Assembly (NCBI RefSeq): GCF_001194135.2
Contig: NC_068998.1
Location: 32,126,740 to 32,179,197 of the forward strand
Source: Octopus bimaculoides
Taxonomy: Eukaryota
Length of the DNA stretch: 52,458 bases
Direction of reading: 5' to 3'
Part shown: positions 34,111 to 48,065 of the stretch, piece after piece
How the letters are laid out: each line of letters begins with the position of its first letter
Numbering within the stretch: position 1 is the first letter of the stretch
Position numbers and translations under genes: made by a program
The notes under the pieces: generated by a model
What the model was told of the DNA's origin: nothing
Seen by the model: the letters and a program-made list of their open reading frames with translations, nothing else
The model's database searches: none

Positions 34111-34938
34111 CATTCTAACAACTTTCCAATTTCCCAATTAAATTGGTAGAGTGTTCTAAACATTGGTGGAACTGTGAGAGTGTCAGACACGATGTTTTGC
34201 AGTGCATGATATTTGCAGTATCTTTTTCACCAATTTAGTTCCTGAAAGCAATGCCTGCAATGCCATAGCAAAGCTGTGTCATCAAAGACAAAATATGACA
34301 TTGCCTCCTCCTCCTCCTTCAATACTCACATAGGTGAGAGAGTGAGAGTTCTTAATTAATCTTAATTAATCTTATAATATCACCCTGCCCCAATCAACTC
34401 TCATTGAAGGCATTCCAACCACAATGATGTCATCTGCAGCAACCATCAGTCAAGACTGACCCTGTATCTACACCTGTGTGCAGGTGTGGGCAGGACTCTT
34501 TTTAGAAGGGAGGCTAGTAGTTACTTAGGCATGCAAAACTCTTCTTTCTGTGCCACAGATATTATCCAAAGGGCGGACAACCCTCACCTTAATTCTGCCA
34601 CAACTTTAAACATTGTCACTGCCATCATTGCTTTCAGAATCTCAACAGCTGAGACAAATAGCACAAAATCCAATGCTCTGCTGGTTCGTCCAGGCTGTAT
34701 TGGCTGTCAATTTCTCACTTTGATGATTGCATCATTTGTATGATATATAGGACTACATTTTTAAACGTGTTCTTCCTTTTTTTTGCATGATTTAGGGAAA
34801 TTTTACTGCTATTTCTAATAGGTCAACTAACTACATAGAGGCTATTTCATTGTTGACGGTCCCTTTTACCATATTTGGTCTCATGATATCATTACAAATC
34901 TTGCTCTACTAAAGATATTTCTAGTATTTTTTCTTATA

Positions 34939-35179
34939 CTTTTATTCTTTTACTTGTTTCAGTCATTTTACTGCAGCCATGCTGGAGCACCACCTTTAGT
35001 CTAACAAATCGACCCCAGGACTTACTCTTTGTAAGCCTAGTTCTTATTCTATTGGTCTCTTTTGCTGAACTGCCAAGTTATGGGGATGTAAACACACCAA
35101 CATTGGTTGTCATGGTAGGGGTACAAACACAGACACACAAACATATGCATATATATATGTATATATATATGTATATATA

Positions 35180-35256
<77 letters not shown>

Positions 35257-35427
35257 ATATATATGATGGACGTTTTTCTGTTTTTGTCTACCAAATCCAC
35301 TCACAAGGCTTTGATCAGCTTCAGGCTATAGTAGAAAACACTTGCCCAAGGTGCCATGCAGTGGGACTGAACCCAGAACCATGTTGTTGGCGAGAAAGCT
35401 TCTTATCACACAACCACTACTGTGCCT
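34939..35427 (-). mobile_element. SINE family A, full length, with expanded central (TA)n
   Basis: Reverse complement of 15394-15805; explains ORFs 35049-35444. Confidence 0.85.
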
Positions 35428-36322
35428 ATATTGAAAGAGACTAAATAATGTACGCTAAACATTTTAAATGAATTACACTTTGTTTATTACCTAAAGAAAG
35501 ACGGCAAAATCTGAGTGTTATTTGTTAGTAACTTTCAAAGAAGCAGAGTAATAGCAAGAAATTAAGAATTTAATTTCATAGGAGATTGAATTTTCCATGA
35601 TTAGGGAAACAATCTGATTGTTGTTAATGGACAAGGTGACAGCTACAAACATACTTTAATATTTTTGATCCTCATCAGTGAAGCACAATCTACTGAAGCC
35701 AGCTTCAATCAGCTGACAAAAGTTTTTACAAACAGAAAAAGAGTTTTGATATTTAGAGTCAGTATAACTGGCACAGTTACAAAAAGTTAATAAATATACT
35801 ATTAACTGAGATTCTTCTCTTTCTGACCCAGCATATTCATTGCTTATTATAATCAATATAATTATCTTTCCAATATAGATGTTGCAATGCATCTGATGAT
35901 CAGCAATTGCTTTGTTGTCATGTTTGTGATAAACCTTTCTTGTACAATAACATTAAAATCCAACAAATCACCCATTTCAATGTTGCATTTAATCTCTACA
36001 TAAGTTGTGTTAGTATGTATTGAAGAAGACAGTCCATTCAAGAAGAATTAATTTTCTAAAATTAATTGATTGAAAGTGGAGAGACCACTGAGTGTTGGTA
36101 AAAGACAACAAACCCTTCCCCCAAAAAACACTCGTAAATACAAGTGGTTCACTCTAGCAAGAAAATCCAGCTAGAGACTGCACCAAAGACATATTTTCTA
36201 GTGTTGATGTACTGAATACATACATTCATAGTGACTTTGAATTGGATAAAGGCTGATAATTTGTGAGATTAGGGACTGTAACACTTAAAGCGTCATCACT
36301 CTTAGTATTGCCTTTCCTGATA

Positions 36323-37559
36323 CCAGGTTGAGTCAAAAGTTTTTTTTTGTATTTCAAGCTTTAATTAATAGTTCAAACAAATTACATATAAAAAGCATTT
36401 ATTCATCAAAATCTATCCCATCATATTCTACTGTGTGTTGTCACCATTGTGCCAGAAGCTAAATTCCACATTCATGGTGTAGAGACAAAAATCTCCCTGC
36501 ATCTGTTTTCAACCTCATCCACATTGTTGAACCTCCGTCCATGAAGGAAATGAGCCATGGCTCAAAAAAGGTAATCTAATGGTACAAGATCTGGACTGTA
36601 GGTATGGTGAGGCAGCACTTCCAGCCCTTCAAGTTTTCACTTGGTCACATTAGTGGTGTGAGCTGGGGAATTGGTATGCTTTAGGAATGCACATCTTTGA
36701 TTGACCAATGCCAGGTAGCAGGCTTTCAAAGCATCATATGCTTGCTGCAGTTGTTGAGCATAAAGGTTAGTATTTACAACATGACCATCTGGTAGAAGCT
36801 CAAAGTGCAGCACCTCAAAATTTTGCCAAACACACAACATAACATTCTATTCAAATGCCTTTGTTTGACAACAGATTCTGAAGTTTGGCTGGAACAAAGC
36901 CACTAATTTCTTTTGTTAGGATTACAAAAATAGATCCATTTTTCATCCCCAGTTACAATTTGACACCAAAAACAGGAAAACAGGCATCTTGAAGATCTAC
37001 CAGCAGTTGTTTGCAAATGTTCACACGTCATTGATGTTGGTCATTGGCCAATTCATGAGGAGCTCCTTGACAATGTCTGTTCACAAGGCTGAGCTTATGG
37101 AGGTGTTGATTGATGTTGCTCTGTGAAGGACCAATTTCTGCTAAGAATGTATGAGTGCTTATGCTTGGCTGTTCAAGCAAGGCCTCATCTTCCACAACAG
37201 GTCTCCCTGACCTTGGTTTGTCATCTTCCTTGAAATGTCTGAGCCAGCTTTGTACCATATGTTCGTTGACTTTTCCTGGGTCTTCCACATCATTAATTTC
37301 TTTTTCCACTCCCCTTGCTTTCATTTCTTTTTTCCACATGTAGTGTAAAAAGATTCTAATTCCAAATTTTCCACCACTCATTACCAAACACGTAAAGTTA
37401 AAAAGAATAAACAATGTTTATATGTTATATATCAAAATAAGGAATAAACAATTCAGCAATGATTGGACAACAAATTGTATCAAATGAATAATATAACATT
37501 GACATACAAATTGAAGAAAATCATCAGTGAAAATCTGAAAAATGCTTGACTCAACCTGA
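36323..37559 (-). mobile_element. Full-length inactivated mariner transposon (~1.24 kb) with TIRs and TA TSD
   Basis: ta|ccaggttgagtcaa at 36321-36336 and ttgactcaacctga|ta at 37546-37561. Transposase pieces: IRIFLHY...VQSWLRHFKEDDKPRSGRP (HTH), PHEL, FELLPDGHVVNTNLYAQQL...HTNSPAHT; stops and frameshifts present. Confidence 0.9.
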
Positions 37560-38189
37560 TAAATCTACTCTGCTCTGCCACAACGGTAAGCAACTTAAAG
37601 TTCATCCAATCAAAAAAACTCGGCCAAAAGAAATATTCAAAAATATATTTTGAAATGATAAATTAAATAGTCAGATGGTATTATTCTATTAATATACTAT
37701 TTTCATATCTAATGCGGTTTTACACCAACAGTAAACTGACAGATTAGAAAATGATTCAGAAATCTGTTTAAATTTATATATGAAATATCTATAGAGTTGC
37801 AACTGGTTGAGTTGATGTGAAGTTGCAATTCTTTCTTATTCAAATCCTTGCACTAAAAGTAAACGATGTTCTTGAGTAGGTCATTTTACTTTCATCGGTC
37901 CAGTTTGGCTAGTTGGAAATAGACACTATAGCCAGATAGAGCTATTACCAGGAGAAGTATCATATAATTAATAAGTATTTAATTAGCATGTTATACAGAC
38001 TTAATTTTTTTCTTTCAGCATCATCTGAAAATTGACAAGCTCCTCTCTTATTTTGTATTCCTTAGGCTACCTTGGTTAGATCACTGGAAGCAGCACTAAC
38101 AATAGAAAGCTTGTTACTCAGTGTAAAGGACTTTGTACAAAAAGGAGCAATTTTTCATTGATATATATTTTCTTAACATTGGCAAATAA

Positions 38190-38390
38190 TACACTTAATA
38201 CATACACACATAATATACATACATGAAAGGCTTCTATGCTATTTCTAGCGACTAGATTCTACCTTTATAATATTGCTTCACCTGAAGTTATAGTAAAAGA
38301 CATACCTAATGTTTCATGAAAGGAATCAAATCCCAAACTAATTGGCTATAAAACAAACTTCTTTATTACACAACAATGTCTGCACCCATG
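38190..38390 (-). mobile_element. SINE family A, highly degraded
   Basis: Microsatellite, then aggcttctatgc...gttatagtaaaagacatacctaatg...gcacc; collinear with family A on the minus strand. Confidence 0.45.
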
Positions 38391-40569
38391 GATGCTATAG
38401 AAACCATAGCTGGGTTCTTGGAATTTGAAAGCCTTAGATTTTATAAAATCCTCCAGTCTCTTTCCACAGGTATTAAAACCAGAGCCACACTATGCAAATC
38501 TTTATTTGCTTACATAAGAGATATGATAATTGAAACAGCTACATCTTCACTTGTTTGAAAGTTTCAACAACAAAATTCTTCAGTTATGTTCCTATTGTTT
38601 TGTGTCCATTGTTACAGGTTTACTCTTTGGTGCAATCATTTATTTGTAGAAACAATTTGTTTTACATTTTGCTTCCCTTCATATCTGTAACCACTTTACC
38701 ACTTAACCACTTAATCACTGTGTAAGATCAGGATATTTTTTATATTCACTCAGGCAAAATGGAGCAAGTAGAGACTGTTAGGCACCTAGCTTAGGGAATG
38801 GTTGAATGACTGATGTATGATCGTTGTAATTTTGTTGTGAGGAAAATACTGTAGTGCTTGGGGAATTTCAGCAGTAACCCAGTTCCAGTCCTTTAGTGTT
38901 AAACATTTTCCAACTAAAATTATTATTGCTCTCAGGAATGTTACAAATTATCATGTAGGCCATTTGTGTTAAGTCAAAAGAAATTAATATCTTATGTCAA
39001 TGTTATTGGAATGCAAGAGTCAGAAACTATAATATTGTTTTCAATTACTATTTTTACAGTTAGCAAAAATGATAGAGTGTCTATTGCTGTGGTTACTGCT
39101 TCATTTATTTTCTCTCTTTTCTAATTTCAAATCCTGACTTTGCCTGCCTGCTATCATTTGGGCATCAATAAAGCAAGTGCTAGTAAATATATTAAAGTTA
39201 ATTCTACTGAATTAACCCACATATTTTGTAAACCAGTTATTTCAGCTTTTATCGTTTCCAAATAAAACGTTTGCAAATTATTTTTAACTGTTTTCAGAAG
39301 ATCTCACTTGTCAAAATGTTAGAATTGTTAGTAAGCTGAAAAAGATATGAAACTGAAGTAAATTGTTAATGCTATTAATAATTTAACTTTCATTTTAACT
39401 AAGTTATTGTATTTTAATGTTTTCAATAAAGGTTTGAGTTCTGAGGGTGATAGACTATAAGCTGAAAGTTTGATGATTTTAATTCTGCTGCAGGAAATTA
39501 TCCATCAACAAGACAAGTAATTTAGGACAAATGTTTAGAAGAAATTTGATGATATATGCAGCAAAATAGTCTACTTGGGTTGTATAGAAAAATATTCCAT
39601 TTAAAAGTGTCAACTCAATGATGAACAGTTTTTTATACAATGTTTCATGAATGCAGATTTAATACATAAGTGAGACTAGGTACCTGATTTTTTAATTATT
39701 TTTTTGACAATGATAAATAATTAACCATGGATTAATATAATCAATTAATTCACACATTTACAAAATCTAGCTGTGTATGTAGTACATAAAATTGATATTT
39801 AGATTCCATTAGATTGATGCAATAACAGAAATGGTAGAACACTAACTTCAAAATATATATTTTTTTTTATCGCTTAAACAAAAAAGAAAGGAAAAGTCAT
39901 ATCACTCTTTCACAAGATTTCAATATTAGTCAGGGAAAGAGAAAGATAATCACCTACAAGGAGATAATTGACCTGAATGCTTGCAATATACTAGACTCCA
40001 CTAAAAATGTCCAGAGACCAAGTAGTGGGGGAGATTCCAAATGAGTTGACAGATCAAGTCTACTATAAAAAAAAACAGCAATGGCTCCTATCATGCAATT
40101 TCATACAGTTTTTGCTTATCAAAGTATATTCATATGGTTTTGTTCAGCTTACAGTTATGGTAGAAGATATATGACCAGTGTGCTCCACAGTAGAATAGAA
40201 CCTAAAGCCACATAGTCATAAAGCAAAATACTTAACTACACAGTCATTTGCAGAGTCTAAATCTTGCTGAGACTGCTTTTAATACTCATCTCACAGGAGT
40301 TTTTAAATTACATACAATGAATGTACTGAGGCCCCTAAAATTGAATAAATGCTTTATATAAATTTGATTCAAAATAATATAGTAAACAATCGAATTGTTA
40401 AAAAATATTTAGAAACTGAGGAAACTAGACAATTTTTGAGGGTAATTTGTTTTGTTTTTTTTTTCTTATATCAAAAAGGAAAAAAATATTGTATGTTATT
40501 CACTGCTACATTTTTTTGCTGATGGGTATAAAAGAGACTATCTAGTGAACCATGCTGCATGGCTTTATA

Positions 40570-40612
<43 letters not shown>

Positions 40613-43600
40613 CAAACTCACACACATTTATAAATATATATATATGTATATGCAGTTAATGATTAACTGTAACTTTAGGAAAAAATATTTACACATGCAT
40701 TAATGAAAATATTCCGTCTCCACATACATACACATCTAAACAAATGTGTATTTATGTATGTAATTATAAGTGTATAACAGCATTGATGGTAAAACAAATT
40801 TAATACACCATATTGATAGGCATAAAAGTTGATGTCATTTTATGCTGTTTTTATTCAATTTCATTTCATTTTTAAATGATAAATATTTGTATATAATGGA
40901 AACCCTTAAGATATTTTTGTTCTCAAGCCAAATAAGAAAAATACTTGTCAAATTTATTGCAAAAAAGTCATTAAATAACTTCCAAGCTATCATAAAGGAC
41001 ATTACAGAAACATTTCTCTTCAAGTAGACACTGGTTTTGTATTGAAAATTCCAAATCTTTCAGTAAAAAATAGAAATATGTTTCAATTTTACATTTTCAA
41101 ACTATAAAAACGCTTTTATTTTAGAAAAGAGAAATATGTAGTAGTTTTGATTTTAGTGCACCTCCCTCTCATTTGGTTACATTGATTTTTCTGTAAGATT
41201 TGTCAGAAATGAAGCAAATAATAACATTTACATAAGTACCAAGTTACATGCTACTAAAAGCAAATACTTTTTATTATAATTTTATAAAATTTGTTTCTAA
41301 ATTTAACTTCATAATATTTAGATAGTTGCTCACATGAAAGTTTCCACTAATAGGAATGTTTGAGTGCATGAGTTGTAGATCTCATGGTCAGGAGTTCCCA
41401 GTCTACAATTTTAAAATGTTTGGCTCAAATTTGCTTACTCTAATTATTTATCAAAGTTCTAAATATATTCATTCTCTTGGATTATTAAATTTATCAGTAG
41501 CTGATTTTCCTAACAGTGTTAGTTATTTGAACTGCAGTAGAAAGTAATGTTAGGGAAAAATCATTGTATTGAATTTAAATTTATATCACTTAAAACGCAT
41601 TTGAGCTGAATCTATACGGTCAACCAAGAAATTCTTATGCAAATTTTTCTGCAGATAAAATAATTATAGTAGTGTCAAAGCTGATGATAAATTTTGAGAT
41701 TATGTCAGTGTTGTTGGTTTGTCAGTTCAGTTTATTAGCTTCGGGTTGTGAAAAAGCTTTCAGACAATTGAATATAAATCAACTGCTTTTAAGAACTATA
41801 GAGTAACAACTGAGCCCATATTAAGTGAAAATTTGTAGAAGAATCTTCTTGACATGTGATATTTGACTAAGTGAAAGGCAATCAATTAATCAATAATTAG
41901 ATTACTTGTCTGTAGCACAATCAAATGTTATGGTTTGTTGCATTAAATTGTAAAATAATGATGTATTATACAAGTTGAGCAATGATTTGATGTATATAAT
42001 CTTAATGTTTGTTTAAATTCCAGTCAGAATTTCCAGTGTTTCAATGACACTTACCGTTTAAAATTAGATCTTGTATTGCTTTATGAAGTCAAATGTGGTG
42101 GATTTTATCAGTGTATGGAACATTACTTAAGGGAAATATATGTGAAGTAATTAAAGAATGAGATTGTGCATATAGGTGTCGGTTAAATTCACTGTATGTG
42201 TTTCAAAATAACATTTTACCTAACTTTAGTTCATTTGTGTATTGAAAATAAGTAAATCATCTCTAAGAGTATTACTTCTGGTAGAGCAACATTCTATTCA
42301 GAAACAGTTCTGTTTCTCCTTGATGTAAAAACATAAAACTTGATCTACGCATCCACTTAAAAATTTTTTCTGGATTTAAGAGGCATTTATGTACATATTA
42401 ATAAATTAATTTCTCTTTAAATAATTAAAAGTATTGCGTAAGTAAATTTCTTTTGTGTAGAAACTGAATGCAAGAAAAAGAGCCAATTCAGATTTATACC
42501 ATATTCATTTGATTTTGTCCTTTAGCATTATTCTGTTTGATGTATTGAGAATATTTCCTTACATTAAACACTTATGAACATATTAAATCTGTCTAAACAC
42601 CAATCTATAAGTATTAATCTAATAAAACTTATTTTCATAAAATTTTATAAGAGCTGATATTTTACAATAAAGTTAGAACAACACTCACATATCTGTTGCT
42701 ACTAATAATGGTGGGAACTATTTATCAAACAACTTTGGTGTTGTCTATACTGTTATTAAACTAATGTGAGAAAACATTTTTGAATTCTACAAGTATAATG
42801 TCTCACATGCTATTAATACAGTTTTCTTTAGATGATATCTTTGATGTATCCAAGAAAACATATAGGACCAAATGATATACACATGTAAATTAGACAGTAA
42901 ATAAAATGATGATAAAGTTAAGAACTAATGTTTTTACTATCATCCAGTTGATATTAAACATATTGCAAATTTTGCCTGACACTGTTTAAAGCAAATCTTG
43001 AAAATTCAAAAGTAAAAGAACAGAAGCTACTTATTAATATACAGAACAAAGTCTATTTAACTGATTTACTCTGATTTACAATGTTTACTAAAAGTAGTTT
43101 GATATCATGATTTATTGATCAACAAATGATGTGATGCTATATCAACAAAACTTGTTTCAGAAATCTTGCGCTGTTTCTGATGAATAGAGATTAATAGTTT
43201 TCTTAAACAATTTTTCCAAATGGCAAACTTATTACCTAACTTCAATTAAATTTGAGGTAGTTATTCTGCTGATGACACTGTTGAAAAGATATTTCCAGAC
43301 AAAATTCATACAATTTCTCTTAATTACCTAGTGATATTTCTAGTACCTTAAAGACTTTTGTTTTTCATTCAAACACTAGTTTTTACCTCAGAGTAATTTA
43401 GAGATTTTCATATTTAAGCCTAAATCCTGACTAATTTCATCTAACCTTTCATCTTTATGAAGTTAATAAAAATATACAGTTAGTAATATATTTATATGAA
43501 TAGGGAAGAACTAGAATATAAGTTAGGTATTAAGTTTGGTATGTTGGCCAATTAATTAACTGTTATGATACCACTGACAGCTGCTTGGAAGTGATTTGAA

Positions 43601-45699
43601 TAGTTTAGTATAACTGAGAAGGCTTTAAACTACATCCAGTGATGACGTTCCAGCTCAAAAGTTCTGAAATTACTCTGACCTGGAGTGGTAATACCTGTTA
43701 AGGACCCTAGTTGCTGATCAAATAGAAGGAGTTAGTCCTATGGATAAGGTATGCAGAACTCAAGAAAAGGATAGTCCCTATCTATGTGTCATACAGACTC
43801 ACTGGTGTGTGGACATGCCTTGATATCGCCTTAAGCAGCTTTCCTTTGCCTAAGGGTTAAATAGGCCCTATACTTCAAGGGTAAGTTTAAGAGAGCTGGT
43901 GATGAGTAGCACAAACTGTAAATAGACCTACAGAATGTAACAGAAAGCTATTATTTTATTTTTCTCAAGAGAAACCATGTATTTTCAAATTTTGTCATGG
44001 AGATCCAAGATGTCTGCTGGCAAGAAAGAGGAAGAGAGAGAGAGAGAGAGAATGACAGGAAGCGGGGTGGATAATTAGATTATTTTAATTTATATACACA
44101 AAATAATGCTGTGATTAAACCACATCTTGTTAATTTTTCTATTTTTCAGTTAAATGTGAATGTCAATTTTCCTCATATTTCTGAGACTAAATAACAAACA
44201 GAATCATCACAAATATATCCTCACTTCAGATTTTTGTAATAGCATGGACTATAAGTTTATGACAATTTGTTTTTCTGTATCTTATTTGTAAGCCAAAAGT
44301 CTATGGGCTCAGTGTTCTCAGTTTTGACTTCAAGGTTTTCCCATCTTTAATGCTGGTACCTCTCATTATTTACTAGTGGCATTTTTATATGTAATTCCAT
44401 TTATTTTACACATACAAAAAATTTATTTTTTGTTTTCATTTTCAAGAAGTAAATGTAGAAAATATCATGGTCAAGAAGAAGGTATTTTGCTATTAATATG
44501 GAAGCAATTCAAACTGAATGCATGTGCTTATATTTTCATTCTGATAATTTTCATTTCTACACATCATTGCCCATTCTAGGGTAGATATCTTAGAAAATTA
44601 ATACTTCAGTTGTGGAAATTAGTTGCAAATAATGAGCTTGCAACGCCTGAAGATAATTGGAATAAAGCTTTGATTCTGAGACCTCCCTCCTAGTTAAATA
44701 AGACATTCATTGGCTCATAAATAGTTGTGGAATAAGATTTTATCCATGGTAAATTGCTGTACACAAATCAAGATTTTGATCTAAAGTTATCTTTATCATG
44801 AGTTTCAGATCAAGCTCTGAAGCTGACTACTTGTAGCAGTTTTTCTTCCCACTTCTTGAGGCAATAAAAAGAATTGAATGCCTGACATAAGATCAACAAA
44901 TCACTGTATCTCATGTTTCTTACTGTAGAAGCATTATTTTGACTGGATACGAATATACAGCAAGCTGGACTGAGACAAAAAGAATGACCAAGTTTCACAG
45001 TTCATGAATGGGAAACTCACTCAATCCATAGATATTAGTCTGATCATGTTTCTGATGAACAGCAGCAATGAAGTTGTAAATGCAATTCAGTTGTCCTATA
45101 TGAGAAATCTCTCAACATAACCACTATTATAGTTATACAGATATTCTCGTCAAGGGGACCTGAAATAGATCAATTTATAAAGAGATTTGAATGGAATATT
45201 AGACATAATAAGCTAAATTAACTGGTTTGAAAATATCTTTGATGTATATATGAGAATAGAAAAAATAATTTCATATATAGGATTTCACATACACTAGACA
45301 CCTACATTCATGCATACATATACATACACATACTAACACAGATAAACTCTTAAATAATATTTTATGTTGCTTTACAAGAAAAATATTTCTTTGATATATT
45401 TATTAATATCTTGAGTAATTATGAATACCTTCTCTAGTGTAGGTTTAGCAAGTGTTTTTTTTTTCACTTACAGAATATAAAATAAAACATAAAATGAAGA
45501 TAAGTCACTATGGATGAAAATTATTGGCAATTTTCTGTCATATTTTATGTTGAACATGTAAACTTCTGTAATATTTCTTGCTTATTTTCAATTTTCTGCA
45601 ATCTGTTTGACTGAGCATGTAATATATTGTGTTAAAGTTATATTGCAAATAATGACAAATTTTGAAATATTCTATTTAGAAACAATCTCACACTATTGT

Positions 45700-46087
45700 T
45701 TTATTCTTTTATTTGTTTCAGTCATTTGACTGCGGCCATGCTGGAGCACCACCTTTAGTTGAACAAATCGACCCTAGGACTTATTCTTTATAAGCCGAGT
45801 ACTTATTCTATCAATCTCTTTTGCTGAAACACAGCAACCTCCATTGTCAAGTGATGGTGGGGGGACAGACACATATCCAGACACATATCCACACACACAC
45901 ACGCACACACAGATATATACATACGACAGGCTTCTTTCAGTTTCTATCTACCAAAATCCACTCAGAAGGCTTTGGTCAGCCCAAGGCTATAGTAGAAGAC
46001 ACTTACTCAAGGTGTCAAGCAGTGGGACTGAACCCAGAACCATGTGGTTGGTAAGCAAGCTACTTACCACGTAGCCACATCTGCACC
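45700..46087 (-). mobile_element. SINE family A, full length
   Basis: gtttcagtcatttgactgcggccatgctggagcaccacc...cagtgggactgaacccagaaccatgtggttggtaagcaagctacttaccac. Confidence 0.9.
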
Positions 46088-46334
46088 AAGTCTATTTTTT
46101 GTAAATAACAAAAGACATTCACCTCAATTTCAAGGGCCTAACTGGTGAAACCTTTTCTTATGAAGGTGTCGCTTGGAATTGCAGAAAATTTCTCGATATT
46201 TCTTCTTTGATTTTCTTATTCTTTTATATGTTTCAGTCATTTGACTGTGGCCATGCTGGAGCACCACCTTCTCTTTACATTATAACAGTACATTTCATAA
46301 ATTTCAAGTTTTGTCTTATTATTATGATAATGTG

Positions 46335-46645
46335 ATGGTATTGTTAGAATACTGGACAAAATGCTCTGCAGTATTCATTTTAGATTTCTGAGTTCAAATC
46401 TCACTAAAATCAATGCATCTCTCTACTTTTTGAAGTTGATTAAAAATAAAGTACAGTTAATCATTTGGTAGGTACAATTTGATTACTTAATCCTGCCTTC
46501 AAATCTGTTGTCTTGTACACAGCTTGTAAATCATTATTAAACAACAAAAATGCCGGATATAGTTACTGCCTTGTAGTATTTAGTAACAACCATTTGTTCT
46601 GAGTTCACATCAAGTTTGTCTTTCATCGTTCTGGAGTAAATAAAA
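46335..46645 (+). mobile_element. Two degraded SINE family B copies in tandem
   Basis: ctgagttcaaatctc...gaagttgattaaaaataaagtac and ctgagttcacatcaagtttgtctttcatcgttctggagtaaataaaataac. Confidence 0.5.
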
Positions 46646-46663
46646 TAACTATCTCTCAAGTAG

Positions 46664-46773
46664 CTTGGGCAAGTGTCTTCTACTATAGCCTCGGGCCGAC
46701 CAAAGCCTTGTGAGTGGATTTGGTAGACGGAAACTCAAAGAAGCCCATCGTATATATATATATAAATATATAT

Positions 46774-46851
<78 letters not shown>

Positions 46852-47045
46852 TGTCTGTCCCCCCACCATCGCTTGACAACCGATGCTGGTGTGTTTACGT
46901 CCCCATAACTTAGCAGTTCAGTAAAGAGACCGATAGAATAAGTACTAGGCTTACAAAGAATAAGTTCTGGGGTCGACTTGTTTGACTTAAAGGCGGTGCT
47001 CCAGCATGGCCACAGTCAAATGACTGAAACAAATAACAATTAAAA
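46664..47045 (+). mobile_element. SINE family A, 5'-truncated, little diverged, long (GT)n
   Basis: gggcaagtgtcttctactatagcctcgggccgacc...ggcggtgctccagcatggccacagtcaaatgactgaaac. Confidence 0.9.
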
Positions 47046-47869
47046 ATGCACGTTCATCAAAATTCATATACTTGCATTTATGCTATTACTTTTCTATCTA
47101 CATTATTCTTCTGGCTTTCTCTAGTTTTCATTGAGATGGTGAGTATTCAGAAACATTAGAGCTCGATCTTAAAAAGAAAAAAAACAAAAATCATTGCAGT
47201 CTTGGTGGATTCAACACAGTAACAGAGAAAGGATTGAATGTCCATATCTTGCTTTTCAGTTTGTATGCAGCCACTGACAACCATAGCTAAGACACCTGAC
47301 TCTCAAAATTTACACTCCACTTTTTTGTAAGTAGGTTTCAAAGGATGATTTAATCACTAGAAAACTACACAATATTTATAGTTGATGCACCACTGAGAGA
47401 AATAGCCTTCATATTGTGATTCTCAGAAAGTGATTTTGTCTTTTTTATAGCCTTATTTATACCTACAAGAGAAGTTAGACTCAATACTGCAATATAATAG
47501 ACCTCTTGACAATCATATTACTTAAAGTAGCAAGTTATTCCTAGATTGTGATACTTACCTGTAAGATTTTTGAGAGAGCTTTGAATGTCTTTCTGTTGGA
47601 CTGGGTTTTGATAAGTGTGTTCTATATTCAATTTTATCACCACCACCATAAATACAACCACCATATGTGTCCAATGTTTTTACTTCTCATTCTGTTATGA
47701 TTGACTTTGCTTTTACTCATCTGACCATTGATAAAATATCAATGATATACTGAGGTCAAACTAGTTGAATCTGCACTTGTCTAGGAAATGACTCTGTGGC
47801 TAATTCACAAAACACAATACAACAAAACAAAATAAAGGGAATGCAATATCAACGAAGTAACAGCAGTTG

Positions 47870-48065
47870 TAGCATACTCGGTTAGATGCCTTAGCATAAT
47901 TAATACTTGTCCTTTGACATTGTACTAAAATTCTGCTGATGTTGACTTTGCCATTCAGCCCTTGTAGTTGATAAAATAAATACCAGTGTTATAATGGAAT
48001 TGAGATTCCATTGATGATACCCTTTCTTCTATGAAACTTTAATGTACACTAAGTTTCAAGAAATC
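47870..48065 (+). mobile_element. SINE family B, degraded
   Basis: aaattctgctgatgttgactttgccattcagccc...gataaaataaataccag core. Confidence 0.6.

Noticed and set aside
34400-34745. LINE RT fragment (an ADDII motif appears on the minus strand)
   Set aside because: The surrounding RT motifs could not be found in any consistent frame, so support is too weak.
36637-37414. SETMAR/Metnase-like domesticated gene
   Set aside because: No SET domain, multiple stops and frameshifts, and bounded by TIRs and a TA TSD.
38376-38558. Small ORF MSAPMDAIETIAGFLEFESLRF...
   Set aside because: Its ATG lies within the end of a degraded antisense SINE head, and I recognise no homology; a chance ORF is likely.
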